From: Azolla caroliniana
Lineage: Eukaryota > Plantae > Polypodiophyta
NCBI GenBank assembly: GCA_043228905.1
Contig: JBHGNT010000098.1
Location: 1 to 64,000 of the forward strand
Direction: 5' to 3'
Length of the DNA: 64,000 nt
Below, one piece after another: positions 35,794 to 48,500 of this stretch; within the stretch, counting starts at the first letter, position 1; every line of letters starts with the position of its first letter. Below the pieces are notes generated by a model, which searched no databases, was not told the origin of the DNA, and worked only from the letters and a program-made list of their open reading frames with translations. The position numbers and the translations under genes were made by a program.

Positions 35794-38700
35794 TCACTTC
35801 GGCATGGGATGTCTCTCCAATCCGATCCTCTTCCGGCATGCTTCCAGCTTGTCGGGTGTGAGCACCTTGGTCAGCATATCCGACCCGTTCTCGTCCGTGT
35901 GGATCTTCGTCAGCACGAACTCCTTGTCATCTATCCTTTCCCGGATCCAGTGATATCTTCGCTGGATGTGCCTCGTCCGGGAGTGATAGGCCGCGTTCTT
36001 TGCAAGGTGGATGGCACTCTGACTGTCGCAGTAGAGTCGGTACTCCTCCTGCCGGATACCGAGCTCTCTAATGAAGTCCTTCATCCATATTATTTCTTTG
36101 CCGGCTTCAACAGCCGCCATGTACTCCGCCTCCGTGGTTGACAACGCAACCGTCTTCTGCAGCCTCGACTGGCACGAAACAGCTCCCCCTGCATACGTCA
36201 TCACATACCCTGATGTGGACCGGCTGGTGTCTGCATCAGCCGACATATCCGAATCGGTAAAGCCGTCGAGTTCGGGCTTACCGGAGCCGAATCGGAGGCA
36301 CACGTTCGATGTGCCCTTTAAGTATCGGAGTATCCATTTGACCGCGTTCCAGTGCTCCTTGCCGGGATTACTCATATACCGGCTCACCACTCCGACTGCG
36401 TATCCAATGTCCGGTCGGGTACACACCATTGCGTACATCAAGCTCCCGACGGCAGAGGCATATGGTATCTTCATCATATCCTCCTTTTCAACCTTTGTCT
36501 TGGAACTTTGCTTGCCGGATAACTTGCAGTTTGCCGGGAGGGTCGATCCGACCGGTCTTGCTTCCGACATGTTGAACCGGTGAAGCACCTTTGTCACGTA
36601 CTTCTCCTGTGACAGCCACAACTGCTTCTTCTTCCGGTTCCGGATGATGTGCATCCCTAGTATTTGCCTCGCCGGACCCAGGTCCTTCATTGAGAAGGTT
36701 CGGTGAAGCGCTTTCTTCAACATCCGTATCTTGACCTGGTCCCGTCCGACGATCAACATGTCGTCCACGTACAGGAGGAGTATTAGAAAGTCTTCTCCTT
36801 CGAACTTCTTCACAAACACGCAGTGATCGGACTGCGTTTTGTGGTACCCTTCGTCGGTCATGAAAGAGTCGAACTTCCGGTACCATTGCCGGGGAGCCTG
36901 CTTCAGTCCGTAAAGGCTCTTCTTCAACCGGCATACCAGGTGCTCCTTCCCTTTCTTCTCGAATCCTTCCGGTTGCTGCATGTAGATCTCTTCTTCGAGG
37001 TCACCGTGAAGGAATGCCGTCTTCACGTCCATCTGTTCTACCTCGAGGTCCATGCTTGCCGCTATGCTCAGCACCGTACGGATGGAGGTCATCTTCACTA
37101 CCGGGGCAAATATCTCATCGAAGTCGACGCCCTTCTTCTGCTAGAACCCCTTCACCACGATCCTGGCTTTGTATCTCGGGGGGTTGCCGGCATCTCCCGG
37201 TTTCAGCTTGAACACCCACTTGTTTCGAAGTGCCCGTTTTCCTTTCGGCAACTCCACAAGTTCATATGTGTGGTTCTCATGCAGGGAATCCATCTCCTCC
37301 TGCATGGCACTTAACCACCTGCGGCTATGGGTGTCAAGCTTTGCTTCTTCAAAACTCTCCGGCTCCCCCTCGGCGGTTAGCAGCACGTGCTCTAGTTCCG
37401 GAAATCTCCGGGGGGCCCTTCTCTCTCTTAGAGGATATCTCCGTTCCGGAGCTTCGGTAACCGGCTCCTCCGTTTCCTCTTCATCCGAATCCATTTCGGG
37501 ATCGGGGCCGGTTCCGGTATCAGTTTCATCTTCCTCGGCCGGTTCTGTTTCTTCACCGTCTTCGGCCGGATCCTCGAGTGCTAACCGGTCCCTTGCCGGT
37601 CGGGACTGCTCTTCGTAGAGTTGATCCTCACCGGTCGACTTGGAGCTCTTCATCTTCTTCTCCGACTCCCAGTCGGCGAGTGTCTTGTCCTCCATGAAGA
37701 TGATATCTCGACTCCTGAATATCTTCTTGTCGATCGGATCCCATACTCGGTAGCCGAACTCGTCATCGCCGTAACCGAGGAATATGCATGGCCGGGTCTT
37801 TGGATCTAGCTTTCCTCTCCGGTCCTTTGCCACATGCACATATGCAAGACACCTGAACACCTTCAGATGCCGGTAGGATACTTCCCTACCGGTCCACACT
37901 CTCTACAGCGTGTCTCCGTCCAAAGGTACTGAGGGTGATCTGTTTATCACGTATGTCGCCGTCGACATTGCCTCAGCCCAAAACCCCTTGGGTAATTTCG
38001 CATGCGCCAGCATACTCCGGACCCTCTCCATTATGGTCCGGTTCATCCTCTCGGCCAGCCCGTTCAGTTCCGGCGTCTTCGGCACAGTAAACTCGAGCCG
38101 GATTCCCTTCGAGCGACAGTACTCCTCGAACTGCCCCCGGTATTCCCCTCCGTTATCCGCTCGTATCGCTTTCAGCTTCTTGCCGGATTCCCTTTCCACT
38201 CTCGCGTGGAGTTCTTTGAAGACGGACAATACTTGGTCCTTTGTCTTCAACGGTGTCGTCCACAGCTTCCGGCTATGGTCATCTATGAATGTTACGAAGT
38301 ACTGGGCTCCGCCATGTGACTTCGTTTCTACCTGATACACATCAGTGTGTACCAACTCCAATGGTACACTACGTCTCATCGGTGGTCTTGAGCGGAAGGA
38401 GGTCCAGTTTTGCTTACCGGCCAGACAGTCGGTACACTTCCCCAAGTGTACGTGCTTTACCGGTATCAGGTTGTCTTCGGCAAGCCTCTTCATCCCCTTC
38501 TCGCTCATGTGGCACAGTCTCTTGTGCCACAGCTCACCGGCAGTGTCAGCTGCCACGTTCAGCTCCTCCGGACATAGCCGTGAATTCATCAGGTACAGTG
38601 TGTTGACCTTCCGGGCCCGAGCCACTATCAGGCTCCCTTTGCTGAACTTCATGACACCGTTCCGGATGCTACCCGTGTAGCCTTCATCGTCTAGCCTCCC

Positions 38701-39867
38701 GGCCGAAATCAGGTTCAATCGAACCTCCGAAACGTGTCGGACATCCTTCAGCAGCATCTTGCATCCGGTTGATGTAATCAGCCACACGTCTCCTATGCCG
38801 GCAATCCGGCATGTACCTTCATTTCCCATCCGGACACAGCCGTGCTCACCGGCTGTGTAGGATGAGAAGTATTTCTTCTCCGGGGTCAGGTGGAACGACG
38901 CTCCGGAATCGACCACCCAGGTCATCTCTTCACCGGCAAGGTTCAGCTCCCTCTCTTCGGTAATGAGCATTATCTCTTCTTCACTTGCCGCGAGTGCCGT
39001 CGTTCCTTTCCGGTCCTGCCCTCGCCGATCCGGACCTCTCCGGTCCGTGGCTCCCCGGTATGCACCATTTCGCTCCAGTGACTTCTTCGAATCGGTACCG
39101 TCGGTTCCGTTGTCTTTCCGGAAATGCCGACAGTTCTTCTGGAAGTGCCCCGGCTTCCCACAGTAGAAGCATGTAGGTCTCCCCCTCGACTGCGACCGTG
39201 TCCCCGACTTCTCCCGTCTTTGCGGACTCCGGTTCCGTTGTCTTCCCCGTTCCGATTCGGTAAGCAGCGCCTTCGAGTCGGAGGCCGGTTCTTTATCTCT
39301 CCGACGCGCTTCTTCATTTAGAATACTTGTCTTTACCGTTAGTAAAGACAAGTTCTCTTCCTTACAGGAGGTGCTGAGAATAACTACCAAGTTCTCCCAG
39401 CTCTCCGGAAGGGTACACATCAGCATGATGGCTTGCATTGCGTCATCCAACGGGAACTTGATCGCCGCAAGCTGGTTCACGAATCCCATGAACGTGCTGA
39501 CGTGTTCGACCATGCTCTCGCCGTCCCGGTACTTAAGATTCACTATCTTCCTCATCAGGGATGTCCAGGTCAGAGCATTCTTCCTCTCATACAGTCCGGA
39601 CAGCTTCTGCCACATCTCATAGGCGTTCGTATCGTTCGCCACATGTTGCAAAACACTTACATCGACATATTGCCGGATCGTCGCTACGGCTTTCCGGTTC
39701 AGGAGCTTCCACTCCGACTCTATTACCCCCTTGGGTATCTCGGCATTGTCGATCGATTCGTACAGGTCTCGGACGATGAGAAGGTCTTCCATCTTTATCT
39801 TCCAGTCGGCGTAGTTCTGTGAGTTCAACACCATCATGCCCGGAGGCCCACTACCGCCGCCTTCCAT
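35794..39867 (-). pseudogene. Copia gag-pol polyprotein in one frame with two in-frame TAG stops (37903, 37141)
   Basis: Gag Zn knuckle CFYCGKPGHFQKNC; protease WVVDSGAS; integrase LWHKRLCH..IRADNGGEY; RT LYVDD; RNase H YCDSQSAI. Confidence 0.93.
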
Positions 39868-40553
39868 TTTCTGTGTTAACCTTGCTCTGATACCAGTTTG
39901 TTGAACACGGTGCTCGGCCACAACCGAGGAATAGGATCAACTCACAGAAAACAGGAAATACAAAATGCACGAAGACAATAGAGAGAAGAGTACACAGGAT
40001 GTTTTACGTGGAAAACCCTAAATGGGAAAAACCACGGGAGTCCTCAGACTCCAACTATCACTATAAACAGAGATGTACAATGGTGAAGCTACAAGGCAAC
40101 AACCTTGAGCTCACTGTCTTCGCCACAGGCAGCGGTAATACACAGGGGCAACGACCTCTTCGTCTCTCTCTCACTCTCTCTCTCTCGGCTGCTCTCTTCA
40201 CTCTTGCACACATAAGAGTGGCAATACACAATAGGCAACAACATACAAACAGCAGCACTAAACAGTTTGCCCTAAGTCATATTTATACACATATGACTTT
40301 CGGGCTATTTACAAATATAGCCTCAAGGGCCCTTGGCAAACATATTCACAAATATGTCCCCGCATCCGGATCTCACTCCGGGTACATTCGTCATCCGGCT
40401 CCGCAGCCGGGGTCTTCATCATCCGGCTCCGTAGCCGGGGTCTTCATCATCCGGGTTCGAAACCGGGTCTTCATCATCCGGATCCGGAACCGGGTCTTCA
40501 TCCCGATTCCCGGACATCCGGCCATCCCATCCGGAGGGACCGTAATCCCAACA

Positions 40554-43500
40554 ATAATTAGTAGTCCAGAGCATCCCATTGTCCTAGGATTACCTTGGTT
40601 TGAATTACATAATCCAGCCATAGATTGGAGAACAAGAGAAGTCCGATATCGACCACCCCAAGAATCCACTCACCAAGTTTCGACCATTTCACTCCATCAA
40701 CTACGCGAAGAAGGACCCAAGGAGGCAATGTTCCTATTTGCAATATCAGTACATCCTTCCAGCACTATTAAGAAGGACTCCTCAGTACAACTTCCAGCAA
40801 AATATCATCCTTATGCCGATGTATTTAACACGGTAAAAGCCGGTACCCTTCCTCATCACCGTCCCTATGACTGTCCCATCGATTTACAACCAGGAACCGA
40901 GCCACCATGGGGACCAATTTACAACTTGTCACCCACCGAGTTAGAAGTCCTTTGAGCCTACATAGAGGAGAACTTGGCAAGCGGGTTCATCCGCCATTCG
41001 AAATCTCCGGCCGGTGCACCCATCTTCTTTGTCAAGAAGAAAGATGGCTCACTTCGTCTTGTCGTTGATTACCCCGGATTGAATAAAGTCACCATCCGGA
41101 ATAGGTATGCACTTCCTCTTATATCAAGTCTTTTAGAGCGAGTTAATGGTGCCAAGTTTTTTACTAAAATCGACCTACGAGGAGCGTATAATCTTGTGTG
41201 GATCTGACCGGGAGATGAGTGGAAGACCGCCTTTCGCACGCAGTATGGGCATTTCGAGTATACTGTTATGCCGTTTGGCCTAACCAATGCACCCGCAGTC
41301 TTCCAACACATGGAAAATGATATATTCAGAGACCTCTTGGATATCTGTTTGATCATTTATCTGGATGATCTGTTGATTTATTCGAAGACCCAGGAAGAGC
41401 ACGATTCTCATGTACTATTAGTACTAAAGCGACTCCGCGAGAATGGTCTTTATGCCAAGCTAGAAAAATGTAGCTTTGACTGCAAGCAAGTGGAATTTCT
41501 AGGCTACGTCATCTCCTCAAAGGGCATCGCCATGGATCCAGCTAAAATCCAAACTGTACTAGAGTGGCAAATTCCACGGTCGTACGAGATGTACAATGTT
41601 TTCTAGGTTTTGCTAACTTCAACCGTAAGTTTATACAGGATTACTCGAAGATTATTTTACCTCTCACACAACTTACAAAGAAGGGCCAAGCATTTCTTTG
41701 GTCCATAGAAGCAGATATGGCTTTTCGGCATCTATAGAAAGCCTTTACATCAGCACTGATTCTAGCTCATGTGGATACAAGCAAACCATTCATCATGGAG
41801 GCCGACGCATCAGATTTCGCCCTCGGTAGCATCCTTTCTCAACAAGGCGATAAAGAAGAGTTGCATCCGGTGGCTTTCCATTCGCGCAAATTCGATGTCG
41901 CAAAAATCAACTACGAAATACATGACAAGGAGTTATTAGCCATCGTGGATTCATTTGTACAATGGCGGCATTTCTTAGAGGGCTCTCCACATCAGGTCAT
42001 TGTCTTTAGCGATCATAAAAATCTTGCTTATTTTCAGAACGCTCGCGTACTAAATCGACGGCAAGCTCGGTGGGCGCAATTCCTCACGCGTTTCGACTTC
42101 AAAATCACATATCGACCGGGGAAGCAACAAGGAAAAGCAGCTGCACTATCACGGCGTTCATATCTTGCACCTCGTCCTGGTGACGCAACATTTGATAATC
42201 AAAAGCAAGTAATCTTGGGACCAACACGATTGCACATGACGCGGATTTTTCACACCCCGATGGATTCACGGATTACCGATGACATACATGCAACCTTGAA
42301 GACGGATAGTTTTGCTCAAGACATCCTAGCGCACATTGATACTTCTCGGGCATCCTGTTCTCAGTCTCAACAACCAGGTATTGACTACCGACAATTCGAA
42401 TATCATGATGGTTTGTTATTCTTTAAAAAGCGCGTATATGTCCCCGATTGCTCCTGTCGCCTTCAAATCGTCCAACATTGTCACGACACCCATACGACGG
42501 GACATTTCGGTAGTACTAAGACGTTGGAGCTAGTGCAGCGATCTTTTTGGTGGCCCCACATGCGCCGTTTTGTCGACGACTACGTTCGGACCTGTGATGC
42601 TTGTTGCCGAGCAAAGATGCCACGACACCATCCATATGGCTTGTTGGAACCTTTACCGATTCCAACTAAGCCATGGCAGTCTATTTGTCTTGATTTTATC
42701 ACAGATTTGCCGGTCTCAAAGGGGTTCGATGCTATCCTAACCGTCGTCGATCGATATACGAAGATGGCACATTTTGTGCCATGTACTAAAGCCATCACTA
42801 GCGAGGAAACCGCCGCTCTTGTTATGCGTGAGGTATTTCGGCATCATGGCCTCCCAGATAGTATTATCAGTGACCGAGGCCCGCAATTTGTCTCCAAATT
42901 TTGGCAGCATCTCTTCAAGATGCTCAAGGTCTCCTACAACCTCTCCTCCGGCCACCATCCTCAAACCGACGGACAGGCGGAACGAACAAACCAAACGCTG
43001 GAGCAATATCTCCGGTGTTTCCTGAGTTATCAATAGGACGATTGGGCCGAGATTCTCCACTTTGCGGAGTTTGCGTATAATAATGCTATTCACTCCTCGA
43101 CTCGGGTCTCCCCATTTTTCGCTTATACCGGTTTCCATCCTCGCTGGTCGGTGATCGACACTCCGGAGCCACCTACCAACCCTCGTGCCGAGGATCATTT
43201 GCAGAGGCTACGCAAGATCCAGATGGATCTCTCTACTCACCTTCGTCATGCTCAACACACACAGAAGACTTATGTGGATCGTCATCGGATTTCCTCCTCT
43301 TTTGCCATCGGAGATTGAGTATGGCTCTTACATCGTCACATCAAGACTACTCGACCGTGCGACAAGTTGGATTATCGACGACTCGGTCCTTTCCGTATTA
43401 CAGGGAAGATTAATGATGTCACCTTCCGCCTTGATCTCCCTCCGCAGCTTCAGATACATCCGGTTTTCCATTGTTCTCTTCTTGAGCCTTATAAAGCAAA

Positions 43501-43770
43501 CACCATTCCCGATCGTGTGACACCACCGCCACCCCCGCTGGAGTTGGACGTCGGCCCGGAGTATGAAGTTGCTGCCATCCTCGATTCCAAACTTGTTCGC
43601 AACAAACTTTATTACTTGGTCGATTGGCTCGGTTATAGTCCGAGCGAACGTACTTGGGAACCCGTCAAGCATGTTGCCAATGCATAAGATCTTCTTGCTG
43701 ATTTCCAGCAGAAGTATCCGGACAAACCCGGTCCGCAATTAGCGCCGACTCGTTCCACTCGTCGTCTTTA
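40554..43770 (+). pseudogene. pol: Pol of chromovirus C (protease end, RT, RNase H, integrase, chromodomain) with several stops/frameshifts
   Basis: ORF pieces 40974..41207, 41268..41606, 41771..43036, 43367..43687. Confidence 0.9.
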
Positions 43771-46700
43771 AGGGGGAGATAGTGTCATGATATGGCAAGA
43801 CTCGAACCCATGACCTTATGTTGCATGGGTCGAGCTCTTACCATTAGACTATGAATGGTATTTTGTAGGATATTATTTTCATTTCTGCTTTATCATAGAA
43901 AATTGATGTATATTCCAGATCTCTCTGGAACATTCTAGAAGCTTCAGGATTATTCCTAAAAACACTATAAAAGGAGGCACAAGGCATTGTTTTGAACCAA
44001 ATTGGTTCAACACCAGTCTTAAGCCTCTTAGCCGATTTGTACTTATCTTTCATATAATATAAGAGCTGTTGTCATCATACTATTTCTCTCTCTTTCCTCT
44101 TCTCACTTCCTCTCTCTCGGGAATCTTACGCAGTCCCGTCCTCTTAGTACTAATAGTACTACTCTTCTTAGTACTAATTCCATCTCTGCTTTAGTACTAT
44201 TCCTGACAGTCAGCAATGGTCCTGTCTTCCATGAAGACTATGTTCCGACTCCGGAACACCTTCTTGTCGACCAGATCCCACACCCGGTAACCAAAATCAC
44301 CATTGTCGTATCCAAGGAATATGCATGTGCGGGACTTCGGATCCAGCATTTCTCTCTTGTCCTTCACCATATGCACGTATGTGAGACACTACTTCTGCTC
44401 CAAAACGCCTTGGGTAACTTGGCATGTGCGAGCATGCTCCAGACTCTCTCCATTATGGTCTGGTTCATCCGTTCGGCCAGCCCGTTTAGTTCCGGCGTCT
44501 TCGGCACGGTAAATTCGAGCCGGATTCCCTTCGTCTGGCAATACTCCTCGAACTGGCCCTAGCATTCTCCTCCGTTATCTACTCGAACTGGTTGGTTTCT
44601 CTTTCCACTCTCGCGTGGAGTTCAAGGAGTTCCTTGAAGACGGATAACACTTGATCCTCCATCTTCAATGGTGAGACCCACAGCTTCCAGTTGTGGTCAT
44701 CTATGAACATCACTAAGTACTGTGATCCGGCATGTGACTTCGTGTCCACATGACACACATCGGTATGCACAAGCTCCTGTGGTGCATTCCATCTCATCTA
44801 TGGTCTTGACAAGAACGAGGTTCAGTTTTGCTTGACGTCCAAGAAATCGGTGCACTTCTCAAGTTGCATGTCCATCAACGGAATGAGGTTGTCTTCAGCA
44901 AGCCTCTTCATCCCCTTCTCACTCATGTGACACAACCTCTTACGCCACAACTCATCGGCAGTGTCGAATGCTACGTTCACTTCTTCCCGGTATATCCTGG
45001 CATGCATCAAGTACAATGTGTTTACCTTCCAGGCTCGAGCCACTATTAGGCTCCCTTTGCTGAACTTCATGACTCCGTTCCGGATGCTACCCATGTAGCC
45101 TTCATCATCTAGCCAACCGGTTGATATCAGGTTCAATCGAACCTCTAGAACGTGTCGAACATCCTTCAGCAGCAACTTGCATCCAATTGATGTTGTCAAC
45201 AACACATCTCCTATGCCGATAATTCGGCATGTCCCTTCATTCCCCATCCGGACACAACTGCGATCTCCAGCTGTGTAGGATGAGAAGCATCTCGGGTCCG
45301 GTGTCAGGTGGAACGACGCTCCGGAATCGACAACCCACGTTGTCTCGTCGCCAATAAGGTTTAACTCATTCTCTTCGATAATGAGCATCAATTCTTCTTC
45401 ACTTGTCGTGATTGCTGATGTTCCCTTCCGATCCGACCCTTTCCGGTCCAAACCCTTGTTCGAATCGGCACTATTGATTCCTTTCTCTTTCCAGAAATGC
45501 CGACAGTTCTTCTAGAAGTGCCCCATCTTCCCACAGTAGAAGCAAGTAGGCCTCCCCCTTGACTTCAACCTCGTCCCCGACTTGTCCTGGTTTTGGGGAC
45601 TCCAATACCGGCCTCTTCCCCAGTTGTGGTCATCTTCCGTGACCAAGGCCTTTGGATCAGTTCCGGACTCCCGGTCCTTCCGGCGAGCTTCTTCATCTAG
45701 CAAGCTTGATTTTACCCTTGCTAGGGACAACTAATTTCCTTCCGGCCAGGCGTTGTCCAACGTGACAACTAACGTCTCCCAACTATCCGGAAGGGAACCG
45801 AGCAAGAGCAATCCGAGTACCTATATCTTCGCCAACCAAAGGTTACAACAAAGTATTGCTCTGTATCTCACACACACACTCTCTCTCTATCGCTCTCTAT
45901 ACAACAGTTACAACAATATGACAACAACATCTATCTAAGTGATTGCCCTAAGTCATATTTATACTTATATGAACTTAGGGCTATTTACAAATATAGCCGA
46001 GCAATAGGCTTACTCAAACATATTTACAAATATGTCTTCTCTTCCGGTTCTCACCAGATCCATCCGATCTGGTTTCCGGATCTCTTCCGGTTCTCACCGG
46101 GTCCACCCGATTCGGCTTCTGTATCTCTTCCTGTTCTCACCGGGTCTTCTTCATTCATAACCGGATCCCATCTGGAAGGACAAATTTCCCAACACTTGTG
46201 ACCTTTAAACAAGGGTCTTACACTCTAACCGTTACACCCACTTATTTTAATTAATAAATATTTTTTCATATTATTATTATTCAAGGATTATGGGGCATTA
46301 AACACAATAGATGACCACCAAATGGCATGCACGTTGTATACCAAGTGGCACACAACAGGTATGCCAATTGGCGATCATGCACAATTCGATGTACACTATA
46401 AATCAAAGATCTGCTTAGTGTTGAACCATTCCGATTCAACACCAGTCATCAGCCACCTTGTAATCTTGGTTTACGCCAATACACATTCTTGTCAACTTGT
46501 CCTATTATTGTCTTCTCGTTTGTTGTTATCTTCTTTTCTTGGACGTCGACATTTTCTTCAAAGCTTGGGATGTGACACCGGCCATCCACATTCGAAGCCG
46601 GTCCGGATACCAATCAGGACCCAAGCCAACTATCCGGTGACCGAAAGTTGTGTTTGAAGGGGCATGTTGAGAATCAAACTCAACTTCCCTAGTGTGGGAA

Positions 46701-46912
46701 CACAACTTAGGAGCATCCAAGTGTGTGAACACCCCACTACTTTATATCATAACTAATGTGTCATAGAACTTAACTCTTATGACACATAGTGGGTAGTGAG
46801 TTAAGTCTCCACCTCTTTCCCAAGCGGTAGTTATAGTAAGAGAGTATAGAGACAAGGTGACTACATAAGCATCTTCTTGTTAATATACAGTTTTATGTAT
46901 ACCTATGTTTTC

Positions 46913-46939
46913 ACTCTCTCTCTCTCTCTCTCTCTCTCT

Positions 46940-46970
<31 letters not shown>
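46913..46970. repeat. Compound (CT)n(AC)n microsatellite
   Basis: Direct inspection. Confidence 0.9.
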
Positions 46971-47619
46971 TTCTTCCGCTGCACAGAATGACACTCGATT
47001 CTTTATAACAACTAACTTGAATTTAATAACTATGATATCAGGATTGGAATTGAGATTTGGCATAAAATTCATGATGAGCTCAATCACACAACCTTCCTTG
47101 ACTTCATCCACTTCACGGTTTCATATATATCACATTTTCCCTCTTCGGTTCTATTCACTCTTGTTCCACTTGACAAAAATTTGAGATTTGAATCTTTGAG
47201 CATTGACGGACACAATGATGTGCCAACCTTCCAATCTTCTCCCACATCAATAACTTTTCATCGAACCTTATATCTTTGTCTCCTTCACCATTGTTTTTAA
47301 CTTGGCCTTCCATCACTACCATATGGTTGCTACCATCGTATTTGAGGTATGCATGTGTCTGGTTTATGTCAAGTCCATGCATGTCTTCCGCTTGAGCTTT
47401 CACAAATTCGATACCCTGTTTTTGTTTCTTCACATGCTTTAAAAAATGATCCTTCTCCCCTTCCTTTTATAGCGAGAGAGGTGCCTCATTTGCATTGAAA
47501 TAGAGTTATGGATTTCCCAACTAACCAAACACGGTCAAGCACCATCAACGATGAATGACATCGAAGCGACATTGTTTGAACAGAAAGATATTCTACACAA
47601 ACGTACAACAAAGACTTGC

Positions 47620-48050
47620 TCGTACGCCTTTATGAGGAGGAGAGATGCATGGGCACACCCGAAATGCTCCCTCGTCAGAATTCGGCCGAACATATAAGGA
47701 ACGGGACGAGAACGGAAACACGAATATTTATACGTCTTTATGAAGAGGAGAGGTGCATGGGCAAGCTTGAAATGCTCCCTCATCACAAAATGGTCGGAGA
47801 CACAACAAGAAGGGGGATTAGAACACAAACACGAATGCCCGTACGCCTTTATGAGGAAGGAGGAGAAGTGGATGGGCACGCCTTAAACGCTCCCTTGTCA
47901 CAAGGCGGCAGAATGCACAACAAGAAGGGGACGGGAACACAAACACGAATGCCCGTACGCGTTTATGAGGAGGAGAGGTGCATGTGCACGCCCGAAATGC
48001 TTGATCGACACAACACGGCTGAACGCACAAGAAAAAGGGGATGTGAAAAC
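47620..48050. repeat. Diverged tandem repeat, 4 units of about 108-114 bp
   Basis: TACG..TTTATGA(G/A)GA anchor at 47623, 47731, 47842, 47956. Confidence 0.8.
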
Positions 48051-48309
48051 ACAAGGGAAGAGACACCACAACATACACCCCAAAATATTTTCTTGATACA
48101 AGGATCAAAGCCACAATGGATTTACAATAGTGGCGCTTAGGCCGGTGTCGACAATGTCAAACAAACAAGAGTGGTACAATAGAGAGGGACGGAGATAGGA
48201 ATTCGTGACGACAATGACCACCAAGCACAAGCACACCAAGCCTAACTTCGAATACAACGGCACAAGTAGACCACACGAACCGATAACCATGTACCACAAG
48301 AGTCGACCA

Positions 48310-48500
48310 CACCAACATCATGAACCTCGAACCACGCGAACGGCAAGCTCACGGACTCGCAACAATGAACACAGGCACCAACATCATGAATTGAGAACCA
48401 CTTGAACGGTGAGCACACGGGCTCGCAATGATGAACGTGGGCACCAACACCATGAACCGAGAACCACCCGAGCGGCGATCACATGAGCTCACAATGACAA
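48310..48500. repeat. 66-bp tandem repeat, 3 units
   Basis: CACCAACAYCATGAA at 48310, 48376, 48442. Confidence 0.8.

Larger units (their letters stand above)
35045..40553 (-). mobile_element. Full-length Tork/Tnt1-like Copia element D
   Basis: LTRs 35045-35783 and 39899-40553; TSD ATAAT; PBS TGGTATCAGAGC (tRNA-iMet) at 39895-39884; PPT AGGGGGAG next to 35783. Confidence 0.96.
32957..44208 (+). mobile_element. Near-complete Tcn1-like chromovirus C with chromodomain, interrupted in protease by Copia D
   Basis: LTRs 32957-33458 (includes a 76-bp U5 duplication) and 43783-44208; TSD GTCAG; PPT AAGGGGGAGA; gag, PR, RT (IYLDD), RNase H, integrase, chromodomain (YEVAAILDSKLVRNKLYYLVDWLGY). Confidence 0.95.
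27196..46194 (-). mobile_element. Degenerate Tork/Tnt1-like Copia element B hosting three nested elements
   Basis: 3' LTR 27196-27755 with PPT; partial 5' LTR ending 46194; TSD CTTGT at 27191-27195 and 46195-46199; RNase H 27756-28166, RT 31711-32951, integrase/protease/gag 44214-45790. Confidence 0.88.

Noticed and set aside
39999-40955. 318-aa ORF as a novel gene
   Set aside because: Antisense Copia LTR sequence joined by chance in frame to the remaining chromovirus pol
46990-47475. Possible small minus-strand gene with upstream TATA
   Set aside because: No recognisable domain, no usable ATG, no convincing exon structure
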